Source of the DNA: Dehalococcoidia bacterium
GTDB lineage: Bacteria > Chloroflexota > Dehalococcoidia > UBA2979
Assembly: GCA_965262725.1 (NCBI GenBank)
Contig: OZ253555.1
Span: forward strand, 1,792,001 to 1,856,000
DNA length: 64,000 bases
Direction of reading: 5' to 3'
The notes under the pieces were generated by a model. It had not been told where the DNA came from. It ran no database searches and was given only the letters and a program-made list of their open reading frames with translations. Within the stretch, counting starts at the first letter, position 1, and each line of letters starts with the position of its first letter. A program made the position numbers and the translations under genes. Positions 49,556 through 59,697 of this stretch are shown here, in pieces.

Positions 49556-49941
49556 CCGAGCCTCCCCCGCTCAGCCAGACACAGCCCCTGTGAAGAGAGC
49601 CTCGCGCCCGATCGGAGTGCGCCTCACCCGAGCACCCCTCACCCAAGCCTAGTCGTGTCTCGGGAATTGCGGTGAGCTTCAGCGAGAGCTCTCGCGGGGG
49701 TACATCCGGGCCGGGAACCGCCCGGGTGGGGCGGCGACCAGGAGAGGCGCCGACCAACGTGCTCCTGCCCCGCCGGCGTACGCCGCCGGCCACGTTGACG
49801 TCGAGCGTGCGCTGAATGGCGCGCCTGTCCGCGCGTGCCGACTCCGCTCTCTGCGGGGGCGCGGCCCCCACCCACGAGGAGGCATAACGAGTGTGCTAGC
49901 TTAGCGAACGGCTCACGTGCGGGCGGCAATCGAGGTGCTCA

Positions 49942-51171
49942 ATGGAATGGACCGACACCGGGGAACAGGCGGCCTTCCGGGCCGCCGTGCGCGACCTGAT
50001 CGCGACGCGGACGCCCGAGCGGTACCTGCGGCTGGCCGAGAGCAACCACCGCGGCTCCTTCTTCCAGTGGCAGGTCGACCGCAAGTCGGCCGATCCGGCC
50101 GCCACCGAGGCGGCCGACGAATGGTTCGCGGCGGTCGCCGAGAGGGGCTGGGTCGCTCCGCACTGGCCGCCCGAGTACGGCGGAGGCGGGCTCACCCCGA
50201 TGGAGCAATACATCTCCAACGAGGAGATGGCGCGCGCGAACCTCCCCTCCGTGGGCAGCAACGTCGGGATCGGCATGCTGGGCCCGGCCCTGATCGTGCA
50301 CGGCACCGACGAGCAGAAGCATCGCTTCCTGCCCCCGATCCTGAGGGGTGAGGTGATCTGGGCGCAGGGCTTCTCCGAGCCGGGTGCCGGCTCCGACCTC
50401 GCCTCGCTCCAGACCCGGGCGATCCGGGACGGTGACGAGTACGTGGTGAACGGCCAGAAGATCTGGACGACCCACGGCCACTATGCCGACTGGATCCTGC
50501 TGCTCTGTCGAACAGACCCGGCGGCGCCGAAGCATCGCGGGATCACCTTCCTGCTCGTGGACATGAGCTCGCCGGGGGTGTCGGTGCGGCCGATCGTCGA
50601 TGCCGGCTGGGGACATGAGATCAACGAGGACTTCTTCGAGGACGTGCGCGTTCCCGCGGACCAGATCGTCGGGGAGGAGAACCGCGGCTGGTACGTGGCG
50701 ATGACGCTGCTCGACAACGAGCGTTCGAACATCAGCCGAGCAGTGTCGCTGCAGCGGCGTCTCGACCGCCTTCTCGGCTACCTCCGCAGCGAGGAGGGCG
50801 CGGCGCGATCGAGGGTGGCGGAGCTGGACTCGCTGCGCCAGCAGGTCGCCGCCCACTTCGTGGAGGCGGGCGTGATGCACAACTTCTCGCTCCGTATCAT
50901 CACCCTGCAGGGCGCGGGCCAGGTGCCGAACCACGAGGCGTCGGTCGGGAAGCTGTTCGGGTCGGAGGTGGGGCAGCGACTCGAGCACACGGGAACGAAG
51001 ATGTTCGGGCTCTACGCGAACCTCTGGGACGAGCGGGAGCCGCGATCCCCGATGGAGGCATCGTTCACGCGCGGCTACGTCGCCTCCATCCCGGGGACCG
51101 TCGCCGGGGGAAGCTCCGAGATCCAGCGCAACGTGATCGCCACGCGCGGGCTGGGGCTCCCGCGAGGCTAG
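49942..51171 (+). CDS. Acyl-CoA dehydrogenase
   Basis: WAQGFSEPGAGSDLASL, NGQKIWTT, TLLDNER, GGSSEIQRNVIA. Confidence 0.92.
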   Translation: MEWTDTGEQAAFRAAVRDLIATRTPERYLRLAESNHRGSFFQWQVDRKSADPAATEAADEWFAAVAERGWVAPHWPPEYGGGGLTPMEQYISNEEMARANLPSVGSNVGIGMLGPALIVHGTDEQKHRFLPPILRGEVIWAQGFSEPGAGSDLASLQTRAIRDGDEYVVNGQKIWTTHGHYADWILLLCRTDPAAPKHRGITFLLVDMSSPGVSVRPIVDAGWGHEINEDFFEDVRVPADQIVGEENRGWYVAMTLLDNERSNISRAVSLQRRLDRLLGYLRSEEGAARSRVAELDSLRQQVAAHFVEAGVMHNFSLRIITLQGAGQVPNHEASVGKLFGSEVGQRLEHTGTKMFGLYANLWDEREPRSPMEASFTRGYVASIPGTVAGGSSEIQRNVIATRGLGLPRG

Positions 51172-51228
51172 GACGGGCGTCGCCGTCCCGGGCGCCGCAG
51201 GCGAATCGGCCGGGAGGAGGAGCAGGAG

Positions 51229-52083
51229 ATGGCGCTCTCCGGCGTTGACCTGGGCAGCCTGGAGGCCGCCGTCTTCGAGCTCCGCGGCGGGATCGCCGTG
51301 GTCACGCTGAACCGCCCGGAGGCGCTGAACGCCCTCAACAGCGCGATGCACCGGGATATCGCGGCCTGCTGGGAGGAGATCAATCACAACGAGGCGATCC
51401 GCGCCGCGGTGGTCACGGGATCCGGTCGCTTCTTCTGTGCAGGCCGCGACATCAAGGAGTTCGTCGGCACCTACGGGGCCGGTGAAGCCAGGGCGCTGCG
51501 GCCGGTGGACGACCCCGACCACGAGATGTTCGGGGCGACGGTCAACCACTGGCATCTCCGCAAGCCCCTGATCGGCGCCCTCAACGGGCCAGCGGTGGGC
51601 GGCGGGCTCGAGATGGCGATCATGTGCGACATGATCGTGATGGCCGAGGAGGCGTACATCGCCGACCTGCACGCGAAGATCAACGCCGGCGGCATGACCT
51701 CGATGAACACGTTCCTGCCGCCCATGATCGCGCGCGAACTCACGATGACGGACCGCCGCCTCAGCGCCGAGGAGTGCCAGCTCTGGGGCTTCGCGAACGA
51801 CGTCGCGCCCAGGAGCCGCGTGCTAGAGAGGGCACTCGAGCTGGCGGAGGCGACGGCCCGGATGGGCCCCGACTCGATACGGCACCTCAAGCGGGGCTCG
51901 CTGGAGCTCCAGCTCGCCTCCGGGAACATCGCGAGTCCGGAGCGCCACCAGGAACGGCTGCGGACGCTGCGCGAGCGGCGGGCCAGGACGGCCGGCGACC
52001 GCGACCTGATGGAGGGGATGAAGGCCTTCGTCGAGAAGCGCGGAGCACGGTACGAGCGCCCCGTCGGGGGTGGCCGGGGATAG
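51229..52083 (+). CDS. Enoyl-CoA hydratase/isomerase family protein
   Basis: LNRPEALNAL, FCAGRD, KPLIGALNG.AVGGGLE, EGMKAFVEKR. Confidence 0.88.
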   Translation: MALSGVDLGSLEAAVFELRGGIAVVTLNRPEALNALNSAMHRDIAACWEEINHNEAIRAAVVTGSGRFFCAGRDIKEFVGTYGAGEARALRPVDDPDHEMFGATVNHWHLRKPLIGALNGPAVGGGLEMAIMCDMIVMAEEAYIADLHAKINAGGMTSMNTFLPPMIARELTMTDRRLSAEECQLWGFANDVAPRSRVLERALELAEATARMGPDSIRHLKRGSLELQLASGNIASPERHQERLRTLRERRARTAGDRDLMEGMKAFVEKRGARYERPVGGGRG

Positions 52084-52147
52084 CGAGGCCGGCCGGCGCG
52101 ACGCCCGCAGGGGCGCGAGCCGGCCCAAATGGGGAGGACGTGGCAAC

Positions 52148-53125
52148 GTGGTCAAGCTCATCGACGTGCATCGCCATCTCTGGGGGTTCGACTGGTTCCC
52201 ACCCAGCCACCTCCCGAAGCTCACCGCCGAGTCGCTCGCCCGGCGGACGGGGCGCACCGTCGAGCAGGTGATGGAGCGGATCCGGCAGTCGCCGACGATG
52301 GAGCCGTCGGGGGCGGGCGCCGTCTCCGAGATGGAGCACTACGGGATCGACCATTCGGTCATCCAGACGCTCGACTGGGGACTCGCCTACGGACCGGAGG
52401 AGGACAACCAGCTGGATGTGGAGGAGTTCCACCGGCTCACCTACGAGGCGGCGGCGCGCCATCCCGGGAAGCTGTGGGCAATGTGCGGCGTCGATCCGCG
52501 CCGGCCGCGCGCCGTCGCGTTCTTCGAGGATTGCGTCAAGAACCAGGGGGCCGTCGGCCTCAAGGTCTATCCACCCAACGGCTACCAGGCGAACGACGAG
52601 CGCTGCTTCCCGATGTACGAGAAGGCAATAGAGCTGGATGTCCCCGCGCTCATACACACGGGCGGGAACATCTGGGCGTGGGCCGAGTGGGTGGAGCTGG
52701 TGGCCCGCCGCTACCCCGATCTGCGCATCATCATGGGTCACGCGAACCTCTCGGGGCCCTTCGAGAGCGGGACCTACTGGCGCGGACTGATCGCCGCCTC
52801 GAACAAGCGCAACGTGTGGCTCGATCTCACCGACTGGCAGGTCACCGGTGCCGTCGACGGGGACAACATCCCGCAGCTTCTCAGGGTGATCCGCATATTC
52901 CTCGACCGTGTCGGCCCCGACCGCATCGTCTGGGGGACCGATCTGCCGCAGGCCGGTGTCGGGAGCCGCGCCCGCGGCAGGACCGAGACCTGGACCGACA
53001 TCTTCAAGAACCTCCCGGACTGGGGGGCGCGGCACGGGATCGACTTCACGGAGGAGGAGCGCGACGGGATCTGCTTCCGGGCCGCCGAGCAGGCCTTCAG
53101 CAATGTCGACTTCGACGCGACGTAG
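52148..53125 (+). CDS. Amidohydrolase family protein (Amidohydro_2)
   Basis: IDVHRH, GLKVYP, LIHTG, IMGHA, IVWGTD.P; GTG after GGAGG. Confidence 0.85.
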   Translation: MVKLIDVHRHLWGFDWFPPSHLPKLTAESLARRTGRTVEQVMERIRQSPTMEPSGAGAVSEMEHYGIDHSVIQTLDWGLAYGPEEDNQLDVEEFHRLTYEAAARHPGKLWAMCGVDPRRPRAVAFFEDCVKNQGAVGLKVYPPNGYQANDERCFPMYEKAIELDVPALIHTGGNIWAWAEWVELVARRYPDLRIIMGHANLSGPFESGTYWRGLIAASNKRNVWLDLTDWQVTGAVDGDNIPQLLRVIRIFLDRVGPDRIVWGTDLPQAGVGSRARGRTETWTDIFKNLPDWGARHGIDFTEEERDGICFRAAEQAFSNVDFDAT

Positions 53126-53175
53126 ATCGTGGGGAGCGCTGCATCCCATAGGCCGCAGGCGGGGAGGGTAGCCCG

Positions 53176-55560
53176 GTGACGGATCACCCGATCGCCGGCA
53201 CGGTCGTCCTCGACTTGAGCGAGGGCGTCGCCGGCGGCTACGGCTCGTGGCTGCTCGCCTCGCTCGGGGCGCGCGTCCTCAAGGTCGAGCCTCCCGGCGG
53301 GGAGCGGCTGCGCCGGCTGGGTCCCTTCCCGGGCGATAGGCCCGACCCCGAGCGGGGCGGGCTGCACCTCGCCCTCAACGCCGGCAAGGAGAGCGTCGTC
53401 CTGGACCTGCGGAACGCCTCCGGACGGCGCGAGCTGGGGCGGCTCCTCGACTCGGCGGAGATCCTGATCGAGTCGGCGGGATCCGGCGCGATGGATGCGC
53501 TCGGTCTCGGCTACCGCGAGCTCTCGGCGGAGCGCCCGGCGCTCGTCTGGGCCTCTCACTCGCCCTTCGGCCTGGAGGGGCCCTACGCCGGACGCCTGGG
53601 TTCTGAGATCGTCGACTACGCGATGGGTGGCTGGATGTACTTCTGCGGGGAGCCGGGGCGGCCCCCGCTGATGGTTCCCGGCTACCAGGCGGAACTCCAC
53701 GCCGGGATGCAGCTCGCCGCCGGCTCGCTGGCGGCGCTCTGGCACGCGCGCCGCTCCGGCGCCGGGCAGCGCGTCGACGTGTCGACCTTCGAGTCGATGG
53801 TGAGCGCGCACGTGTTCCTGTTCTCGAACTGGATGCAGGAGGGCAAGGTGGAGCGGCGGCGGGGCACGACGCTGCTTGCCTGCGCGGACGGCCTGCTGCT
53901 TCTGACCTACCCGCGGCCTCAGCTCTACGCGCTGATAGGCGAGCCGGAGCGGGCCGACGACCCGCGGTGGGAGGATCCGTCCCGCTTGGCCGAGGCGGAG
54001 GATGAGATGCTCGGGCGGGTCGCGGGATGGGTGGCGAACCGGACGAGGGCGGAGGTGCACGAGCGCGCCCAGGAGATCCGCGTCCACTCGCTGACCCCCG
54101 TCGATTCGGTCGAGGAGCTCGCCGCCTCGCCGCAGCTCGCGTTCCGCGGGTGGTGGCGGAGCGTCGAGCATCCGCTGGCCGGAGCCCTCGAGCTCCCCGG
54201 GCCGCCGTGGATGATGTCGCGGAGCCGGACCGGCACGGACATTCCGGCGCCCCGGCTGGGGGCCCACGACGCCGTCGGCGAGGCCGGGGCGCGGTCCCGG
54301 GCCGGAGGCGGGGGCACATATCCATTCAGTGGGCTTCGGGTGGTCGAGGTGACGAACAGCTGGGCGGGTCCTCTCTGCGGGATGCACTTCGCCGACCTCG
54401 GGGCGGACGTGATCGTGGTGGATCCCCCGGTCGCGCAGGCCACCCGTTCGTGGCACTTCCCGGCCGGGCAGAGCTGGCCGCGCGCCTACGACCGCGGGCA
54501 CGGCTTCCACCAATTCAACCGCAACAAGCGCGGAGTCTCCTTCGAGCTGACGACCGACGGGGGCCGGGAGCTCTTCCTGCGGCTGATCGAGACCGCCGAC
54601 GTGCTCATCGAGAACAACAGCCCCGGCGTGTTCCCGCGGCTCGGTCTGCCCTTCGATGTACTGGAGCGCCGCAACCCGCGGCTGATCAGTTGCTCGATCC
54701 CGGCCTTCGGATCGGAGGGACCGTTCGCACCATACCGGGCGGCCGGCTCGAATATGGAGGCGACGACGACGGTGGTCTCGCGCACCGGCTACGGGCCCGG
54801 GGAGCTCGAGGCCACCGGTTCCTTCCACACCGATCCGATCGGGGGCACGCACGCGACGATCGGCATCATCGCCGCGCTGCTGGAGCGAGAGCGAAGCGGG
54901 CTCGGGCAGCACATCGAAGTGCCGCTTCTGGAGAGCGGCGCGATCTTCGCCATCGACTCGCTGATGGACTACCGGCTCAACGGGCGGATCGCGGGTCCTC
55001 TCGCGAACCGCTCAGAGCGCTGCGCGCCGCAGGGCGCGTACCGCTCCGCGGGCGACGACTGCTGGCTCGCGCTGGCCGCTGAGACCGACGACCAGTGGCG
55101 CCGGCTCTGCGCCGTGGTGGAGCGTCCCGAACTGGCCGAGCGCTTCCCCACCGTCGAGGCCCGCCGGGCGGCGCACGATGAGATTGACCGGGCAATCGAG
55201 GGCTGGAGTGTGGGCCTCGATCACAACGAGGCGGCGCGGCGCCTGCAGGCGGCGGGCGTGTCGGCGGGTCCCGTTCTCGCGAACTGGGAACTCGTCGGCG
55301 ATCCGCACCTCCACGAGCGCGGCTACTGGGTCGACACGGTGCATCCCGAGGTGGGCTACCAGCGCTACGAGGGTCTCCCCTGGAAGCTGTCACGGACACC
55401 GCCCGCGACGAGAGCCCGGCCCGCTCCGCTCTTCGGGCAGCACAACGCGGACGTGATCGTGGGGGACCTCGGTCTCGACGAGGCGCATCTTGCGACGCTT
55501 CGCGAGTCCGGCGCCGTCCTGGACGCGCCCCGCAGCCTGCGCGTGATGCCGCGCCGGTAG
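53176..55560 (+). CDS. Family III CoA-transferase (CaiB/BaiF), tandem double-domain form
   Basis: Two domains: LGARVLKVEPP..LNAGKES and WAGP..ADLGADV..NRNKRG; C-terminal APLFGQHN. Confidence 0.88.
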   Translation: MTDHPIAGTVVLDLSEGVAGGYGSWLLASLGARVLKVEPPGGERLRRLGPFPGDRPDPERGGLHLALNAGKESVVLDLRNASGRRELGRLLDSAEILIESAGSGAMDALGLGYRELSAERPALVWASHSPFGLEGPYAGRLGSEIVDYAMGGWMYFCGEPGRPPLMVPGYQAELHAGMQLAAGSLAALWHARRSGAGQRVDVSTFESMVSAHVFLFSNWMQEGKVERRRGTTLLACADGLLLLTYPRPQLYALIGEPERADDPRWEDPSRLAEAEDEMLGRVAGWVANRTRAEVHERAQEIRVHSLTPVDSVEELAASPQLAFRGWWRSVEHPLAGALELPGPPWMMSRSRTGTDIPAPRLGAHDAVGEAGARSRAGGGGTYPFSGLRVVEVTNSWAGPLCGMHFADLGADVIVVDPPVAQATRSWHFPAGQSWPRAYDRGHGFHQFNRNKRGVSFELTTDGGRELFLRLIETADVLIENNSPGVFPRLGLPFDVLERRNPRLISCSIPAFGSEGPFAPYRAAGSNMEATTTVVSRTGYGPGELEATGSFHTDPIGGTHATIGIIAALLERERSGLGQHIEVPLLESGAIFAIDSLMDYRLNGRIAGPLANRSERCAPQGAYRSAGDDCWLALAAETDDQWRRLCAVVERPELAERFPTVEARRAAHDEIDRAIEGWSVGLDHNEAARRLQAAGVSAGPVLANWELVGDPHLHERGYWVDTVHPEVGYQRYEGLPWKLSRTPPATRARPAPLFGQHNADVIVGDLGLDEAHLATLRESGAVLDAPRSLRVMPRR

Positions 55561-55579
55561 GGGAGAGATTGCGGGCGCT

Positions 55580-56365
55580 CTAGCGGCCGCGGCGTCGCTG
55601 ACGGCGGGCGTAGGAGCGGATCGCGCGCAGAAAGTCGATACGGCGGAATGCCGGCCAGAAGGCGTCGCAGAAGTAGTACTCGCTGTATGCGCTTTGCCAG
55701 AGCATGAACCCGGACAGCCGCAACTCCCCGGACGTGCGAATCACGAGGTCCGGATCGGGCACGTCCGGCGCGTAGAGGTAGCGGGCGATCTCCTCGGCGT
55801 CGAGGACGCGCGCGACATCCTCGAGCGAGTCGCCGCGCTCTAGGTGGTCGACGACCAGGCGGCGGACCGCGTCCACGATTTCGTCGCGCCCGCCGTATCC
55901 AACCGCCACGAGCAGGTCGCCGCCCGTGTTCGCGGCGGTCACCTGCTCCACGCGCTCGATGGCCCCGATCGTCGACTCGGGCAGCAGGTCCCGGCGGCCG
56001 ACCGCCCGGATGCGCCGCGGCAGCGCCGCCCGGCGCTGCTGTTCGGCGAGGCCCTCAACTCGCGTTTCCACGATCTCGAAGATGGCGTCGAGCTCGGCAG
56101 GGGGGCGCTGGAAGTTCTCCGTCGAGAGCACCCAGATCGTGACGACCCTGATGCCCAGTTCGTCGCACCAGCCGATCAGCCGCTCGACGTTATCCGCACC
56201 CTCGCGGTGTCCATCTCCGACCCGTGCGAGACTAGATGTCCGCGCGAAGCGGCGGTTGCCGTCGGGCAGGATGCCGACGTGTTGCGGGATCGCGCCTCGG
56301 CGAACATCCGCCTCGAGCTGTCGCTCGTAGTAGCGATAGACGAGCCCGAGCAGCATCCGCAGCAT
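55580..56365 (-). CDS. uppS: cis-isoprenyl diphosphate synthase (UppS family)
   Basis: HVGILPDGNRR, LSTENF.R, GYGGRDEI, DLVIRTSGELRLSGF. ATG 56365 follows GGGAGG; an alternative in-frame ATG is at 56506. Confidence 0.88.
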   Translation of the reverse strand: MLRMLLGLVYRYYERQLEADVRRGAIPQHVGILPDGNRRFARTSSLARVGDGHREGADNVERLIGWCDELGIRVVTIWVLSTENFQRPPAELDAIFEIVETRVEGLAEQQRRAALPRRIRAVGRRDLLPESTIGAIERVEQVTAANTGGDLLVAVGYGGRDEIVDAVRRLVVDHLERGDSLEDVARVLDAEEIARYLYAPDVPDPDLVIRTSGELRLSGFMLWQSAYSEYYFCDAFWPAFRRIDFLRAIRSYARRQRRRGR

Positions 56366-56668
56366 GTGCGCGCCTCCCCGCTTGCGGCGTGCGAACAGTC
56401 GGAGACTGTGCGTGGCCTGGAGCGGAAGGTAGCGAGTCGCGGCCCCCCACGGAAATTGCGCGGCCGCATGATCGTGAGAACCGACTCGCCGGTGCGGCTG
56501 GCTCATCCTTCTCTCTCCGGTCGATTCCTGGACGGGTGGCGCGCGTACGAAGACGTTCGGTCGACATAACCTGGCGGAGACGGCGGAGGCTGCCGGCCGC
56601 CTTGAGAGAACTCCCGGGGCGGGGCATAGTCGCATCGTCGGGCGTCTGCACGGGGCGGGGGAGAGCAC

Positions 56669-57496
56669 ATGGCTGGACTGACTCTGACTGGAATCGAGAA
56701 CAAGGTAGCGGTGGTCACCGGCGCGGGCCGCATGAAGAGTATCGGGCGAAGCATCGCCGTCGAGCTCGCCAAGGCGGGAGCCGACGTTGCCATCACGGGC
56801 ACGGGGCGTCCGCCCGAGCGCTACCCGGACGACGAGAAGGCCGCTGGCTGGCGCGATGTCGCCTCGGTCGCCGAGGAAATCGAGGCCGCCGGGCGAAGGG
56901 CCCTGCCCCTCGTGAGCGACGTTGGCGACGAGGGTTCCGTGCGCGACCTCCTCGACCGCACGCTCGCCGAGTTCGGGCGCGTGGACTTCATCGTGAACAA
57001 CGCCGGCGCCGCCCGCGGCCCCGACCGAGTCCCTGTTGTCGACATGCCCGTCGATGTCTGGGACACGGTGCTGCGCGTCAACCTGCGGGGCGCATTCCTC
57101 ATGTCGAAGGTCTTTGGCCAGCAGCTCATAGATGCCGGGAACGGTGGCGCTATCGTCAACATCTCCTCGATCGGGGGGAAGATGCTCGGCCCGAACGCTG
57201 CCGCCTACGTCGCGAGCAAGGCCGGCCTCCAGGGGCTGACCGGCTCCATGGCTCAGGAGATCGGGTGCCACGGTGTTCGCGTGAACGCCATCTGCCCCGG
57301 GTTCGTCGATACGTCGCGCGTGGCCGACCTCTTCGATGATCCGGAGTTCGACGCCCGCGTCGCGCGCATCCCGCTCGGGCGCGTCGGCCTCGGCGAGGAC
57401 GTCGGCTGGGCGGCCGTCTACCTCTGTAGTGATCAGGGCTCGTGGATCACGGGCCAGTCCATCAACGTGTGCGGGGGCGCCGCGGTCGCGCGTTGA
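56669..57496 (+). CDS. SDR family oxidoreductase
   Basis: VVTGAGR..SIG, VNNAG, NISS, YVASK, VNAICPG, ITGQ. Confidence 0.92.
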   Translation: MAGLTLTGIENKVAVVTGAGRMKSIGRSIAVELAKAGADVAITGTGRPPERYPDDEKAAGWRDVASVAEEIEAAGRRALPLVSDVGDEGSVRDLLDRTLAEFGRVDFIVNNAGAARGPDRVPVVDMPVDVWDTVLRVNLRGAFLMSKVFGQQLIDAGNGGAIVNISSIGGKMLGPNAAAYVASKAGLQGLTGSMAQEIGCHGVRVNAICPGFVDTSRVADLFDDPEFDARVARIPLGRVGLGEDVGWAAVYLCSDQGSWITGQSINVCGGAAVAR

Positions 57497-57743
57497 CCGG
57501 CGAGCGCGCTCCCCTGCAAGCGGTGGTCGGTGGCGACGCGCATCACTGATGCTGCCGGCGTGAAGCTGCTGCCGACCGCAACATAAGATGGTGGAGGCAG
57601 GAGGAGGCTCGGGCCCTCCAGAACCAGGGCATCTGCGGCGCCGCTCAGGGTCGGAGTCGGGCTGGGCCCGCACGATCCCGTACGGGTTCAGGGCTGGCGT
57701 GCCTGGTCGAGACTGGACCCGCGCTGACGTTCGTCGCTTCACG

Positions 57744-59697
57744 TTGTGTATCGGCCCGAGGCTACCTTACCCCGGATCCAGAGCGCCAGGCTAACTGGCG
57801 AGTAGGCAGGAGGTGGAAGTCCTCTATGGCAAAGAGCTAGCCACTCATGTCATTCCGCGAGCCGTGCGCGGGTCGTCGCGAGGCGGCTTGTGAAGCGTCG
57901 GCAGCGGGGTGTGCGGGCGGGGCTAATGAGCATCGAAAGGGCCATTTGGGGTGCCGAGGCTCTTGGATTGGTCGAAGGCAATACCGGCGACGGCGCTACT
58001 GGCGAGTCGTGGTCGGGCCCCACGGTGTCGAAGACCCCATGCACGCACACACGTCTATCGCCGGGACTTGGGAGAGCTGCGCGTTGTCCCGACGAGTCGT
58101 ACGCCGGGACCGCGTCGGGAAGGGACGTAAACCGTAGCCGATGATGAACGATGCGCAGCAGTCTGATGGGGCCGTACGAGCGATGAAGGCGGCGAACAAG
58201 GGGGCGCGAGCCCCGGCGGAGTCGCTGGAGCAAAGGGCCCCAACCGAGAGGAATCCTCAAAGCACCGGCACGGTCCGGACGCAGAGTCGGGGTGCGGTGT
58301 CACCCGGAGCGGAGAGGATACGGCAGTTCGTGGAACGGAAGCCGGGAGAGAAACTCACCGCGCTCTTGCACCACATCACGCCGGAGGCGCTGCGGGAGGC
58401 GTATCTCGCGTTGAAGCGGGATGCGGCTCCGGGCGTGGACGGGGTGAGGTGGCGAGAATACGGGGACGGGCTGGACGAGCGATTGCTCGACCTGCATGGC
58501 CGCGTACACCGTGGAGCGTACCGGGCGAAGCCCGTCAGGCGGGTAGAGATACCCAAGCCGGACGGGGGAATACGGCCGCTCGGTATCGTCTCGCTGGAGG
58601 ACAAGATCGTTCAGCGGGCGGTGGTGGACAATCTTTTGAACCCGATTTACGAGTCGGGCTACTACGGCTTCTCGCATGGCTTCAGGCCGGGGCGTTCGGC
58701 GCATGACGCGCTGGACGCACTGGCCTACGCGGTCGAACGGCGCAAGGTCAGCTGGATTGTCGAGGTGGACATCCGGGAGTTCTTCGGCAGCATCGACCGG
58801 GGGCGGCTGATGTCGTTTCTGGAGATGCGCATCGGGGACCAGCGGGTGTTGCGCCTGATACGAAAGTGGCTGAGCGTCGGCGTCATGGACGCGGAGCCGG
58901 AAGTCGATTTCGTGCGGGGGATGCCGCAGGGGGCGCCGATATCGCCGCTGCTTGCGAACGTGTACCTGCACAACGTGCTCGACGACTGGTTTGCGCGCGA
59001 GTGGCGACCGCGGGAGGTCCGGGGCGAGGCGTACATCGTGCGGTATGCCGATGACTTCGTCCTGGGGTTCCAGCACCGCAGCGATGCGGTGCGGTTCATG
59101 GAGGCACTCCGGGAGCGGTTCGCGGCCTACGGGCTGGAGCTGCACCCGGAGAAGACCCGTCTACTTGAGTTCGGCAGGTTCGCGCTGGCGAACAGGCGGA
59201 AGCGCGGGGAGGGCCGACCGGAGACGTTCGACTTTCTCGGCATGACGCACTACTGCCGGACCCGACGCGACGGGAGATTCGGGCTGGGGCGCAAGCCCGT
59301 TGCGAAGCGGATGCGCCGGACGCTGAAGGCCATCAAGGCCGAGTTGTGGCGGCGCATGCACGACAACCCCGTGACGACGGGGCAGTGGCTGGGGCGGGTA
59401 CTGCGTGGGTGGCTTGGCTACTACGCGGTGCCGACCAGCTCGCCGGCGCTCACGCGGTTTGTTCGTTTCGTGAAGCGGCTCTGGCTGCGCGTTCTCCGAC
59501 GGCGGTCGCAGCGCGACCGTTTCACGTGGGAGCGCATCCTTGCCCTGTGCCAGAAACACTGGCCCCGAATCTCCATCCTTCACCCGTGGCCTGCGGAGCG
59601 ATTTGCCGTCACGCACTTGAGGTAGGAGCCGGATGCCCGAGAGGGCACGTCCGGATCTGTGCGGGGGGTGCCGGGCAACCGGCATCCCTACCGCGAA
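57744..59697 (+). mobile_element. Full-length group II intron (bacterial class E-like); ends uncertain by 1-2 nt
   Basis: 5' TTGTG; RT ORF; domain V GAGCCGGATGCCCGAGAGGGCACGTCCGGATC directly after the stop; domain VI with bulged A59690; ends CCGCGAA. Confidence 0.85.
58141..59625 (+). CDS. ltrA: Group II intron reverse transcriptase/maturase (no endonuclease domain)
   Basis: TALLHHI, APGVDG, IPKPDG..RPLGI, GFRPGRS.HDAL, PQGAPISPLLAN.YL, RYADDF, FDFLG, domain X GWLGYY. Confidence 0.95.
   Translation: MMNDAQQSDGAVRAMKAANKGARAPAESLEQRAPTERNPQSTGTVRTQSRGAVSPGAERIRQFVERKPGEKLTALLHHITPEALREAYLALKRDAAPGVDGVRWREYGDGLDERLLDLHGRVHRGAYRAKPVRRVEIPKPDGGIRPLGIVSLEDKIVQRAVVDNLLNPIYESGYYGFSHGFRPGRSAHDALDALAYAVERRKVSWIVEVDIREFFGSIDRGRLMSFLEMRIGDQRVLRLIRKWLSVGVMDAEPEVDFVRGMPQGAPISPLLANVYLHNVLDDWFAREWRPREVRGEAYIVRYADDFVLGFQHRSDAVRFMEALRERFAAYGLELHPEKTRLLEFGRFALANRRKRGEGRPETFDFLGMTHYCRTRRDGRFGLGRKPVAKRMRRTLKAIKAELWRRMHDNPVTTGQWLGRVLRGWLGYYAVPTSSPALTRFVRFVKRLWLRVLRRRSQRDRFTWERILALCQKHWPRISILHPWPAERFAVTHLR

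Noticed and set aside
49560-49940. Intergenic region with several GC hairpins
   Set aside because: No recognisable RNA family or matching terminal repeats; hairpins are expected by chance at this GC.
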